A stretch of DNA of 64,000 nt from Ophelia neglecta. Taxonomy: Eukaryota. The first letter of the stretch is position 1; each line of letters begins with the position of its first letter. The DNA lies in contig OZ260666.1 of NCBI GenBank assembly GCA_965285935.1, forward strand, positions 67,456,001-67,520,000. The letters are read 5' to 3'. A model generated the notes under the pieces. That model did not search any database, was not told where the DNA came from, and was given only the letters and a program-made list of their open reading frames with translations. Positions 51,464 to 62,625 of this stretch are shown piece after piece. The translations under genes and the position numbers were made by a program.

Positions 51464-52865
51464 CAAATGGAAATTACATTTATACATAGTATGATTATCT
51501 GGGAGAAAAAGTATATATTTTTTTACTGAAGTTTCGGCCTATTATTACTGTCAATATTGCTCATCTAAAACAAATGATGGATTCGCAAACCAGAACACTT
51601 GCCTAAATCACAGGTATGAGAGTCGCCTGTCAGGCATGTCACGTAACTAGGGCCTTCAATTGTGTGGTTTAGATAGGAGGTATGTATAGTTTGGAGGAGA
51701 AGTGTGGAAAAACAGATGTGAAACCAAGAGTTTGGAATTTGGATGTGTGTTGTTGGAAAACACAGATTGTGATCAGTGAAACAGCATTTTCCACAACTGA
51801 TATCCCTTTGTGTTATCTATCTTACTGTATAATAATGTAGTCTGTGTGGCCTACATGACAATACATACATGTACCAGTATGTACAGAATGTCTCTCGTAT
51901 CAATGATAACACATGACAGGATGCTGGCCGCCTCATAGCCGCTTTTTTGCCTAAAAATTGGCATTGTCATGGCTATAAATATTACACCTTGTTTAACTTT
52001 AAACTGCTTCTATGACGATAACATATATTTATTAGGCAGCCTAAACCTTATAGAGTTTGACCCTTGGAGGAGTTTGACCCTTGATATAGTTTGAACTGCT
52101 GTCTAGGCCGACTTGGTCATCTGCCAACTACTTGCGGTTTTCATGGCTGTTTCACCATGGATAAAGCTTTCATGTCAGTCAGGAATGAGTCTGCTGTTGG
52201 CTATACATATATATGTTTATTTGCACTTAGTGTAGTTTTGTTTATTTTTTAATTATGAATATATCAGTAATATAATCACAAATGAACAATCATACTTCCA
52301 GAATGTTGGCAAAAATACGCCTCTTGATGTTTTAGCTATGAAAGAATAACAGACGCCTATAAAAAGAGGCACACCTCCAAAAACTGGCCTTTGATTGGTT
52401 GACAGATTATACATGTACAAATATCAGAGTTCTTAGTTGACTATAAATGAAGGGAAGTCAACTCTCCAGTCCTTTTTTCATTTATTGTGTTGGGATTATA
52501 CTGGTTTCTGCAGGATGCCTTAAGATATAAAAGGTAATTTATTTACCTGTAGACTGTTTTCTGCAGGACACTTGAAATTGAGGGCCTATAATTTGTCTAG
52601 TTGATTGCTAAACTGGAATGTCTATAGTGTTGCCAAAAAAGAGGTCAGCTTTTACTGTCAGCTCTGACTATCAGCTCTCATCACTGTGTGATGAAGGATG
52701 GGTGGCCACTTCCCTCGCTAAGTCTGAGCTTGCAGCCCCCAGACCTAGCTGTGGAAGTCAACACCAATCCCACGCCGTCCCACACTGTCCCAAACTGTCC
52801 CAAACCGTCAAGGTGCTCTCTGGACCAAGTTTGGCAAATAGAAATAGGGTCTATAACCCAAAGGT

Positions 52866-53080
52866 GCCTCTCAGTCTGACAGTTTGGGTTAAACCCCCTC
52901 CCCCCCGTCCCTCTCAGTCTGACAGTTTGGGTTCAACCCCCCCCCCCCCCCCCCCGGTCCCTCTCAGTCTGACAGTTTGGATCTAGACCCTCTTGGTCTC
53001 TCCCAATATGACAGAGGATTGACAGTAAAGAGCAGCGTTGGTCCAGACCCTCCTGGTCCCTCTAAATCTCACAGCGGATT
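52866..53080. repeat. Degenerate ~40-50-bp tandem repeat with C-tracts
   Basis: cctctcagtctgacagtttgg three times plus two degenerate units. Confidence 0.8.
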
Positions 53081-53630
53081 GGAGGTAAACATGCAGTTTA
53101 ATAAACTTCCCCAAACAATCCAGGTTACTCTAAATCAAGAATTTTCTCAGGCAGAAATATTTTGCTATTTATGTTTTACAATGGATTTTGGACATGAAAT
53201 TTTCAAAGAGAAATGCTTGTGAGTGAGTTTCCAAAGAATCTGGGAAATCACATACAGGAAAAGCTCACTAGCTGGAAATTTTGTTAACATTTCCAAGCAG
53301 GAAAAAGTTCCCAGTTAATAATATTCCGGGTCAAGAACCAGTTCCATTGTGAAAGTTGTCCTTGTAAGTTCTTTGCTACTTATAGTGCAGGTTAACGTGT
53401 ACATGTACATATAGGTGTAATTATGCTATGAAATTTACGCCAGCATGTGTGCACAGTGGAAAAATCCCCTCGATAATAATAGAGAAAAAATACTGATTGA
53501 TGTTGTGGCGGCTGACTATGAAAAAAAATCCTTTTGGGTTAGTCAGTGTATCATGCTCCAATGTATAGCTCCAACACTTAAAGCATAATGATTTATTATC
53601 TTGTAATCCGTTTTATTCTCATAATTTTAG

Positions 53631-56600
53631 ATGATGACATCATCATACTGGGTGAGAAGATGGCTGTAGCCAATGAGGAGAGTGACGATGATGTGATATT
53701 CATCCCAACGCGTCGTAGGAACAGAGAGTCTGCCTCCACCCCACTCCTGGCCCCCATCCCTGGGCCCAGTACATCCACGGACCAGAGCCCGGTGGATTGT
53801 CTGGATGCCACTAGGGGCGCTGTTGTACCGGAATGTCACGAGAAACTTCCTGGGGATAACCTTCTACCAACGGAGGCAGAACTGGCCAACGCCGTGGACA
53901 GCATAACTCCATTAATGACCACTGACACCTCTGATATCGGTCTGTGTATGCCATACTTCTTTGGTATGGATTACAAGAGTACAGCTCCATTGACAGGCCA
54001 ATCTAATGGAGATACCTCAACATCTCACAATCTGTGTCCAAAAAGTGACATTAACAACTCTTTAACTCAGTCAGAATCTAATGATATGGATTCGGTGATG
54101 TTACCCTCTGCTGAATCTCTCGGAATACCGTGCAATAAGCGGGAAACTTCTTCAGGTAACCCAAAATGTCAAGGCAAAGGTGAAGGTCACGCAGTATCTG
54201 TCAGTTGGTTAGATGACACAAACCAGGACTCTCCGATGTCAAATCTAAAAGGATATGGTTACAATATATCTGATTCCAGTAGTAGTAGTAGTGATTGTAG
54301 TGGAGATGATTTGATGTCCTTTAAAAGCCACCATTCTACGTCAGATCAGAAGCAAACTGGGCATACAATGCTCTCGGACATTTCTGATTTATCTGACGAT
54401 GATTCAGAGGAGGCAGTCAGTGACCAGAGTGACAATGATACATCTATTCTCTCACTTCCAGCTTGCCCTGCGGCTACATCAATCAGCATTACTACTACGC
54501 GACGACAAAACACCACTACCTGCACCATTCGACAAAGTATTGACCATTCCAACGAGCTACCAGATTTAGATGATCGCAATCAAGACACCGCTAAAGATTT
54601 GCTGAGAATTGGATGGGACCCATCAAGTGGTTCTGAAAGCAGTGACCAAAACATTGATTGTTCTTACGATCTTAACGATCTTAACTTGGACAGTACTGCC
54701 ACCACTAAGGCTAGAAATGGAGGCCCCTCTCAGAGTGATAACAAACAAGTGAATGGAAGTGAACATGACTTGCCAGATTTGGATACTTCCATTAGAGACC
54801 CTGATAAAAATGATGCCTTGGTACATGTTGCATGGTTGCCCGTCAATCCAAACAATACTACTATCAGCACACCAAGAAAGGAAGAGCCAGTGACGCTGCC
54901 AAATATAGATGATAGCAAAGCAGATGTTTGGTTGAATAACCCAAGTGATTCTAATTCAGAACCTGAGTCTGACGATTCTGTCGTGGTGGTTGCAATAAAA
55001 AATCCACATGGGTCGAAGAAGAAAAATTTTACTAGGGGGACGGAATTGCCGGCGAGTGACAAAACATCATGTACCATTCCCTCTGTTGCTGCGTCGGCAA
55101 CTTCCTCCAGCAAGGGAGCACTTATGGACCAGTCTGTCTCATCCACAACATCTCCAGTTGACCAACAAGCTACAGTATTGTTGGATAAGACTAACAGGTC
55201 ATCACTGGCCCAGCACGAACAGTTCCTTACCGGTCATATCCCTGTACCTCAGATTCCTAGGAAAAATGATAGTCCTCAAGAGACTAGCAAAAACAGCACT
55301 GGCAATAAAATGTTTAGTGCTAGTTCTGGAAGTCCATCTATGAGTGAAACAGCTCCATCAGATCTTAGGCTCGGTCCGTGCCAAGATCTGGCTGCCAGGA
55401 AAAGAGATTCTTTGCATTTAATGGATGGCATAATGACACATGAAACTGATGTACACATTGCTGCCAGTACACGTCAAATAACAGAAGCTGCTGGTTTAAA
55501 CACAAGTTCGGGCAGCACATCATCCACGCTGAGTTATAATGCGGCATCATCAGGGTGTGTTTCATCATCGAATTCATCAGCAGGGTTTGTCAACACAACT
55601 GTTTCTGCTCCAGGGCCTTTTCCTAAAACTAATAGCCAGACACAAGAAAAAGGCTATGAAGACATGTTGGGGCTTTTTGACAGTGGGGATAGCCTACCGA
55701 CAATTTCAGGCCCACGGAAAGCTTTCCAGCCACCTGCCACAGGAACCAGCACTTCAGCAGCAACAAGCAGTGCACAATTAAAAACTGAGAAAGATCCAAT
55801 GGACCTTTCTTTAAAGAAACCGAGGTCTTTCAGGAACATTGTCGTGGCCAAAGGGAAATATCCAATACCAAAGTTAGTGGTGAAAATAAAGCATGAATAT
55901 AAAAACCAAGACTGGTCATATTATGAATCAAATTCAGGCAAAAGTAGTACCTGCTCCACTACTCCGGGAACTCCCAATTCCGCCTCAGGCAGTTCCAGCC
56001 CTTCTGGTTTATTCAAACGAAAGCTGCCTCCAGCTAATATAGCAGCCATCAAATACCACATGGGGCAGGATCAGCAGGGCGGCGATACCTTGGGCCTTCT
56101 CCCAGGCTCAGCCCCAGCCGCTCTGCCTCCCAGGCCTACAGCCACACAGCAGGACACCTCACAGGTACCATTTAAAAAGAGGAACTTTGGCAAGGACATG
56201 GCAAGTGCACTAAATGCATACAAGGCTACTAGGCTAGGAGCTTTCCATTCACCTTGCCCAGCTAAGGGATTGGTACAAAAGGGACTCCAGCCACACTCTC
56301 AAAATCCCTTTATGTCCTCCATCATCAGAGCAGGTAAAAATAACCCGTCAGGCCCCAGCATACAAACCTCCAACTCTGCAAGTCAGGTGATCAATACACA
56401 ACCAATACCGACCATTTCTGATCATGTGTCGTTAAGCCCCAAATATCTAAATCATGTGGCGACTTCTGGGTACAGTGCTGGCATTTCTGATCCCGCGGTC
56501 AGTTTAGGGCCCAGCTCTACCGCCTCTGGTCATGTGACGAGCTCAGGGCCAAGGTCAAGCACTTCTGGTCATGTGACGAGCTCAGGGCCAAGGTCAAGCA

Positions 56601-57070
56601 CTTCTGGTCATGTGATGGTAAGTACCTCTGGTCAAGCGATGAGCTCAGCACCAAACCCAGTCACTGTTGCCCAAATAATCAAATCTGCAACGAATAGCTA
56701 TGGTTACAAAATCGGTTCAGTAGTCTTTCCTAGCCCTGCCACTTTTGCAACAACCTCAGATATCATGATGCGAAGCACCGCCAACAACGTTTCCATCTCT
56801 AGTACAATACTGGCTCCTACAGGCGCGGCTACCAGCACGTTACAAGTCACAAGCTGTCTTGCTGCCCCTACCCCATCCACATCCCAGGAGTCGGAGCAGA
56901 CGTCATCCCAGGAGTCGGAGCAGACGTCGAGTGCTGAATCCCGTTATACGTGTAAGCACTGCCTAAACCTAACACTGAGTGAGGAGATCAGCCGCTGTAT
57001 GTCCTGGCATGGCTGCTGTGGCCAGTGTCTGCGACAGGAGGTGAAGAAACTACTCGCTACAAACAAAAAG
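53631..57070 (+). CDS. 3440-nt exon: SIMs, S/T/D-rich disordered region, first six RING ligands
   Basis: Within the 1167-aa ORF; acceptor ttttag at 53630, donor gtaatt at 57071; ends CKHC-x11-CMSWHGCCGQC. Confidence 0.92.
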
Positions 57071-57730
57071 GTAATTCCCCCACTCTTGTAAACAACTCTG
57101 GTATAAATAGATTACAGTTGCTGTGGTTACTGTAAACCTATCTCAGTTACCATGGGTATCTAAGTCATCCTGGTTTTTATAATCCACCATTGTTTACTAT
57201 AGTTACTAACAATCTCTAATACTTACCATGGTTACTGTCAGATTCCATTGTTACCTCATTTACCATTGTTACGTCATTGACCAAATTGCTGTCTATCTAT
57301 CTGCTAATATTTGGTGAAATCACTGAGTTGTCTTCTTTTTAGGAAAAAAAAAACATTGAAGCTAATTACAACATAGTTGCACTTTAAATATACATTTAAG
57401 TGAAAATTGTAAGTAATCAAAATGCAACTGTGGACTGACAGAATGTTGTGATTTTCTGCTCAGAATTAATATAAGTTAGGGATTTATTATTTAAGTTATC
57501 GTTTGTACTTGAGAGCCGCCTTATACTAGTTGTAGCGTAAATGCCTGACTTTTTAAAGCAATTTACTTTTTCAACATTATATCCATCAACTAATCTATTG
57601 TCATTCCAGCTTTGTGGTCCAGCATTTGACTGTTTTGCTGGAGATGGTAATAAATGACAATAATGTAAAAATCTGTGTAATATGATATCCAATATATTTC
57701 ATGGATATTAGTCTTTGTCTTTTTCTCCAG

Positions 57731-57779
57731 GGGGCGCTTCGCTGTGTATACCCAGGCTGTGATAGTTACTACTCCACAA
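57731..57779 (+). CDS. Exon completing the RING domain (GALRCVYPGCDSYYST)
   Basis: ctccag acceptor, gtaagt donor, phase 0 to 1; supplies C7-x4-C8. Confidence 0.88.
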
Positions 57780-58049
57780 GTAAGTTAAACATTGGACACC
57801 TGTGATATTCCTGTAACTCCTAAATAAATAATGTATATAAACACAGAAAAGACACTCTTAATGACTAGGTCAGGCTGATGGGACTATTCATTGCCTGAGG
57901 TGAATTATTTGTAGTGAGTGGATGTGTCGCCTTCCAACTTCTCAAAATATTAAGCCCTGTTGCTTATTCAGGTTCTGCCATGGCACCCAGTTATTATTCA
58001 TTTTCTTGCCACATCAGCTTGATACTTTTTCATATTCTCTCCAGGATAT

Positions 58050-58491
58050 GACGGTTTTATTTATTATCTCACATTGACAGCCTGAAATTTCTAATTTATG
58101 TTCTTGCCATAACAGCCTGGTACTTATCCATGTTCCCACCATTACTTACTGTTTCTTATACATGTTCTCACCATAGCTGATTGTTTTCATCATTACGGTT
58201 GGTTACTTATCCATATCCTCACCATTACAGCCTGTTTCTTATACATGTTCTCACCATAGCTGCTTGTTTTCATCATTACGGTTGGTTACTTATCCATATC
58301 CTCACCATTACAGCCTGTTTCTTATACATGTTCTCACCATAGCTGCATTTTTTCATCATTACAGTTGGTTATTTATCCATATCCTCACCATTACAGCCTG
58401 TTTCTTATACATGTTCTCACCATAATAGCATGTTTCCTATACATGTTTCCACCTTTACAGCATATTCTCATCCATGTTCTCACTGTTACAG
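58050..58491. repeat. Minisatellite with an 83-bp higher-order period ending at a splice acceptor
   Basis: ttggtta(c/t)ttatccatatcctcaccattacagcctg at 58199, 58282, 58365; ~31-bp subunits. Confidence 0.9.
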
Positions 58492-58715
58492 CTGAGTTGA
58501 AGAGAGCACTACCCCCCATTCTGGTTGAGATCCTAGAAGAGAAGCTGGACAGTTATGCCATTGACATAGTTACCAGTGACGAGCTTCCAGCGTTTAACCC
58601 CAGCCAGGGGACTCCTGACTTCGGGAAGATGGAGACGGCGGAGAACAACAAGCCCGGCGGGCCAAGGCTGGTCAGACTGCCTGGATACTGGGAGCCCATG
58701 GACCCGGACTCCACG
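58492..58715 (+). CDS. Exon: post-RING helix, linker and PARP pre-catalytic motif (ELKRALPPILVEILEEK...LPGYWEPMDPDST)
   Basis: ttacag acceptor, gtaggc donor, phase 1 to 0. Confidence 0.85.
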
Positions 58716-59065
58716 GTAGGCAAATACCAGATGATTGACGCGGGTATAGAGAGGAGAGGGAGGAGGGAGGGGGAGAGAGAGGTGGGGGATAAGACATCAA
58801 GCTCAGGACCTCTGCTTGTAGAGAGCTCCCCATACCTGAGAACATGTATAATGAAAGATGTTACCTTTAAAATATATTTGGCTTGGCTTAGCAGAAGCAT
58901 AGTTCAACTACAGTGAATTAACTCTCAACATTAGGATGCCTCCTTGCTATCTGCAATTGCTTCCAGTTTGTCTCCAGAGTGTGGGACTGTGTCTCCACCC
59001 TGGGTATAGTCCCCATCCCCTATCGGGGAGGAGACACATCCCCTACCCATAACAGAGGACCTTTA

Positions 59066-59260
59066 TTTTTATGCCTCCGCCCTGAAGGGTCCGGAGGCAT
59101 TATGTAGTCGTGTTGTCCGTCCGTCCGCTTCTGACCAATTCTTCACAAAATCTTTTGTCCGCAAATTAACTTTCTGTTAGAGTCGACTTCTGTCCCAATC
59201 GAGTTCTATCTAGTTGGATGAAAACTTAGATTTGCCAATGTGCAAGATTTCCTCTTCATT
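59066..59260 (+). mobile_element. 5' end of a HINE/DINE-1-like element
   Basis: tttttatgcctccg...cggaggcat subterminal inverted repeat followed by a (gtcc)n microsatellite. Confidence 0.7.
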
Positions 59261-59954
59261 TATAAGTTACCATTCAGGTTCCATTGATTGGACTCATAAT
59301 CATTGTCTTGTTGTATATAAAAAGCCTCGGGTCTTAGCCCTGCCCTAAGTAGCAGTCTCCCACTAAACTGCACTGGCTGTCACTCTAGCAACCCAAAACA
59401 AATTAACAGGACTTTAGTAGCACATCAGAAATACTGCCATACATCGTGTTGCATATATGAATAAGCTGATACTAGCCAGGCAGATTGTGTTCTATATCAA
59501 AGCAGTGGCCTGAAAATTCCTGTTGAATTGTTTCCAGTGCAAATGAGGTAGACTTTACTGACAGAAAATCTATGTAGGTCTTTTTTATGTAATATACAGG
59601 TGCCTGTATAGTTTTAAAAGAGGGTAATATGTACATGTCATATGAGAAGGCTTGCCCTGAACAAGTAATTTTTTTTACCTTTGAAATGTCAAATGGGTCT
59701 GGTTAACATGGCTTCTGTTTAACTCATTCACTTTTGAATTAGTTTATTTGGTCTCTGTGTACCCCTCAATGACACTGAATGAGTAGAGCCCGGATTTCCA
59801 GACATGATCAATCATTATGGGTAATAATTTTTGGCTTTGGTGTCAAGTCAACCCTGAAACCATTTCCCACATGGATCGTTTTACACCTACATATACTTAG
59901 ATATGGAAATGAGCCTTGTAGCTGTGGCAATCAAGCTACTGGAAATAGAACCAT

Positions 59955-60193
59955 ACTCTGTGGTGATGCCCGCTTCACTGTTCACACTTATTCTAGTCAT
60001 TTTAGGGATTTTCTTACATAATCTGACTAGAGCCCCTAGAAGTAGACCCTCCTCTCCATGGACTACCATCTTTGGTCAGTGGCCACAGAGACCAAATTAT
60101 ATAGAGGAGGTTGTACTTGAAGGAGCTCAGAGTTGAGTTATGCTGCATGGGTCCATAGGATAACATCAGTGAAAGTGGGCAGCACCACCGAGA
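59955..60193. mobile_element. Palindromic MITE, most complete copy
   Basis: Outer IR tggtgatgcccgcttcactg / cagtgaaagtgggcagcacca; inner IR ataatctgact..gaagtagaccctcctc / gaggaggttgtacttgaagg..agttat. Confidence 0.65.
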
Positions 60194-60825
60194 AAGATTG
60201 TACCAATACCATTGAGGTCAGTTATTATGGCTTGTACCCGTCAACCTTACAGGTCGGAGGATATTTTGATAGCCTGCATGAGCAGTGAGGGGATGTTGAC
60301 TAGCCGGCTAGCCATCCAGGCGACCTTAGTGACTTGACATTGACTTTGGCTTGATTAAGGTGTATTTTCATCACCTCCTTGTGGCTTTAACTCTGCAAGA
60401 TAAGCCATGAGGTTGACTCCAAATGTCTTATGCTCAGAATCTAAGTGTGGCATTGATTTTGACACTCTTCTCATTTCAAGAAAAATTGGAAATTTTGCTA
60501 GATGAGCTAGATGCTAGATGCCCTATAACAACAGCTTTAACAGCCGTCTTTTCTTAGGAATCAGACGGGAGCCTCCAGCTCATTTTGATTGTTGTTAATC
60601 ATGCTTGATTTGGTTAAAAATTGTTCCTAAATGGAATAAATAATATCAAGTTGCTATTAACTGTATTAATATTTAGTAATATATCAGTTATCAGATCTTA
60701 GTAAGACTATATTAGACAAATTCCCCAAATTTATTTCTTTTAAAATGTGTAAATGGATGTTTTTTTCCCTAGCTGTCTATTTTGGTTTCTGGCCTGAATT
60801 TCTCTCCTTCGGTGTTGTATTTCAG

Positions 60826-60971
60826 GACTATAAGCTGGTGATATTAGACCCCTCGATGAACGAACACATCATGGTGAAGGAGATGTTTCACCAGACAATG
60901 TCACATCCGAGGGCCAAAATACTGAAGATAACCCGCGTCCAGAACCCGGTTCTCTATCAGTTCTACTGTGT
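60826..60971 (+). CDS. Exon: N-terminal part of a PARP (ART) catalytic domain; gene continues beyond this exon
   Basis: tttcag acceptor, gtaagt donor; DYKLVILDPSMNEHIMVKEMFHQTM...KILKITRVQNPVLYQFY matches the PARP7/10/11/12/14/15 pattern. Confidence 0.85.
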
Positions 60972-62625
60972 GTAAGTATATGCAACCCTTCTCAGCGGGT
61001 GATTACCCATATATAGAACCCATTTCTATACCATGATATTCACCTACTACCAAATTGGAGCTGACTTCAAGAGTTATTGGCTTTGACAATATTAACAATT
61101 TGATCAAATGCTCAGTCTGCCCATTACTATCTATTGATATCACAAGGAGAGAGGCCCACACAGTAATAATCACTCACAAATAAAATGACAAGTATGGATT
61201 TATTGAAATGCACTTCCTAATCCATGGAGGTTCACACCGAGGGAGTGGGATGTAATAGATGTTCACTACCTCTGGTGATCTAGCAGCCTAGCCAAAGGCC
61301 CCTACCCCTTAACCCACCCCCTAGAGAAGCCGTCTGGAGCTTCTTGGTGAGATGATAATGGGATGTTAGCATCATATGCTTCCCCCTCTAAACCCCAACG
61401 TTATCAATATCCGCTCTGCATGATATTAGTTTAGGAAACTGTTCGCCAAAATGTAAGTGAACCTTCATGTGTTGCGGTGTTCAATCTTAGATTTTGCACG
61501 AGGGAGGCTGAACTTCCGTGTTGCGGTTGTGGGATAGGTGTCCCCTCTCACTGGAGGCTTTGGGAATTGACTCCTGCCCTGTTTATATTGGTAACACCCA
61601 TCTCACTTCCCCTGGATAATTTTTAAGACAGGGAAAGGTATCTGGTCCCATGCCCCCCCCCTCTCTCTCCACCCCTCCCCACCCCATAAGGGATATGGCC
61701 CCCTGTGTCCCCCCACCCAACACTCTGTAAACTTCCTAGTCCCCTGTGTCCCCCCCCCCCTCGCCCCCACTCCATAACTCCACCTGTGTGTTACAATATT
61801 TACTATTAAACATACTTCCTTGTAACTGTCCTATAAAACCTTGCCGTTCTATAAAAGCCTTGCTGGTAAGTGACCTCCAACCCTCAAAGTCATTTCTCAG
61901 AAGACAGTTTTCAGTTAGACCAGCCAACAAATAACTGGGCTACTAGTTTTTATCTTTATCTTAAGAATGTTATGCCAAAAACCACATGGGGAGAGGTAGT
62001 TATTACAGCCCACTATGGCAACCCAGCTACATTCATTGGAAAATTTAGGATAAGTGTCTGGCTCTGCTTGAGGAGAAGGGGGAGGGGGGGGGGGCTAAAC
62101 ATGAGTGTTCTTTCACCTCTTTGTCAGGTTTGTTGAAAAGATTTTCTACTTTAACCTCCTAAGCAAGCAAGCTGAAGGAGGTGAACAGGTTTTGTTGGCT
62201 GATATGCACTAAGAATTGTGAAAGTAACCCACAAGGGAAGTTGTTTTCTGAATAAATGACTCATAGCTGGATTCCCAAATATTGAAGTCAAAAAGTGTGA
62301 AAATAAGTAGAGGTAAAGCATATATTATAGTAAATTTTAAGAGGGGGGCAGATTGCTTCCTTGAGTAGGTGCTGAAGAGTGTTTGAAGAATGTAGGATGT
62401 GTGTCCAGTCAGAGTGAGAGGTCGTTTGGCCACTATAGCTGTCTGGGTAACTACCGTTCTCCACACCCTCACCACAGCTAACTCCTTTTGGGCATTCTGA
62501 AACCACTCTCAAGATTATATTCATGAACACTTGTTAAATCTTAGTTAGAAAGGATTTATGAAATCTGTCATAAACTTAGTGAGCCATTTTAAGTCTAGAA
62601 CAGTGAAAACATAAATAGGATAACA

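Noticed and set aside
53588-53630. ORF-track start MIYYLVIRFILIIL as a signal peptide or TM segment
   Set aside because: It is the translated polypyrimidine tract of an acceptor ending ttttag
53596-55851. Several - strand and alternate-frame ORFs overlapping the giant exon
   Set aside because: Shadow ORFs of a real coding exon with no domain signal
62110-62210. Possible next PARP exon after a ttgtcag acceptor
   Set aside because: The translation lacks the expected LFHGT motif and hits a stop
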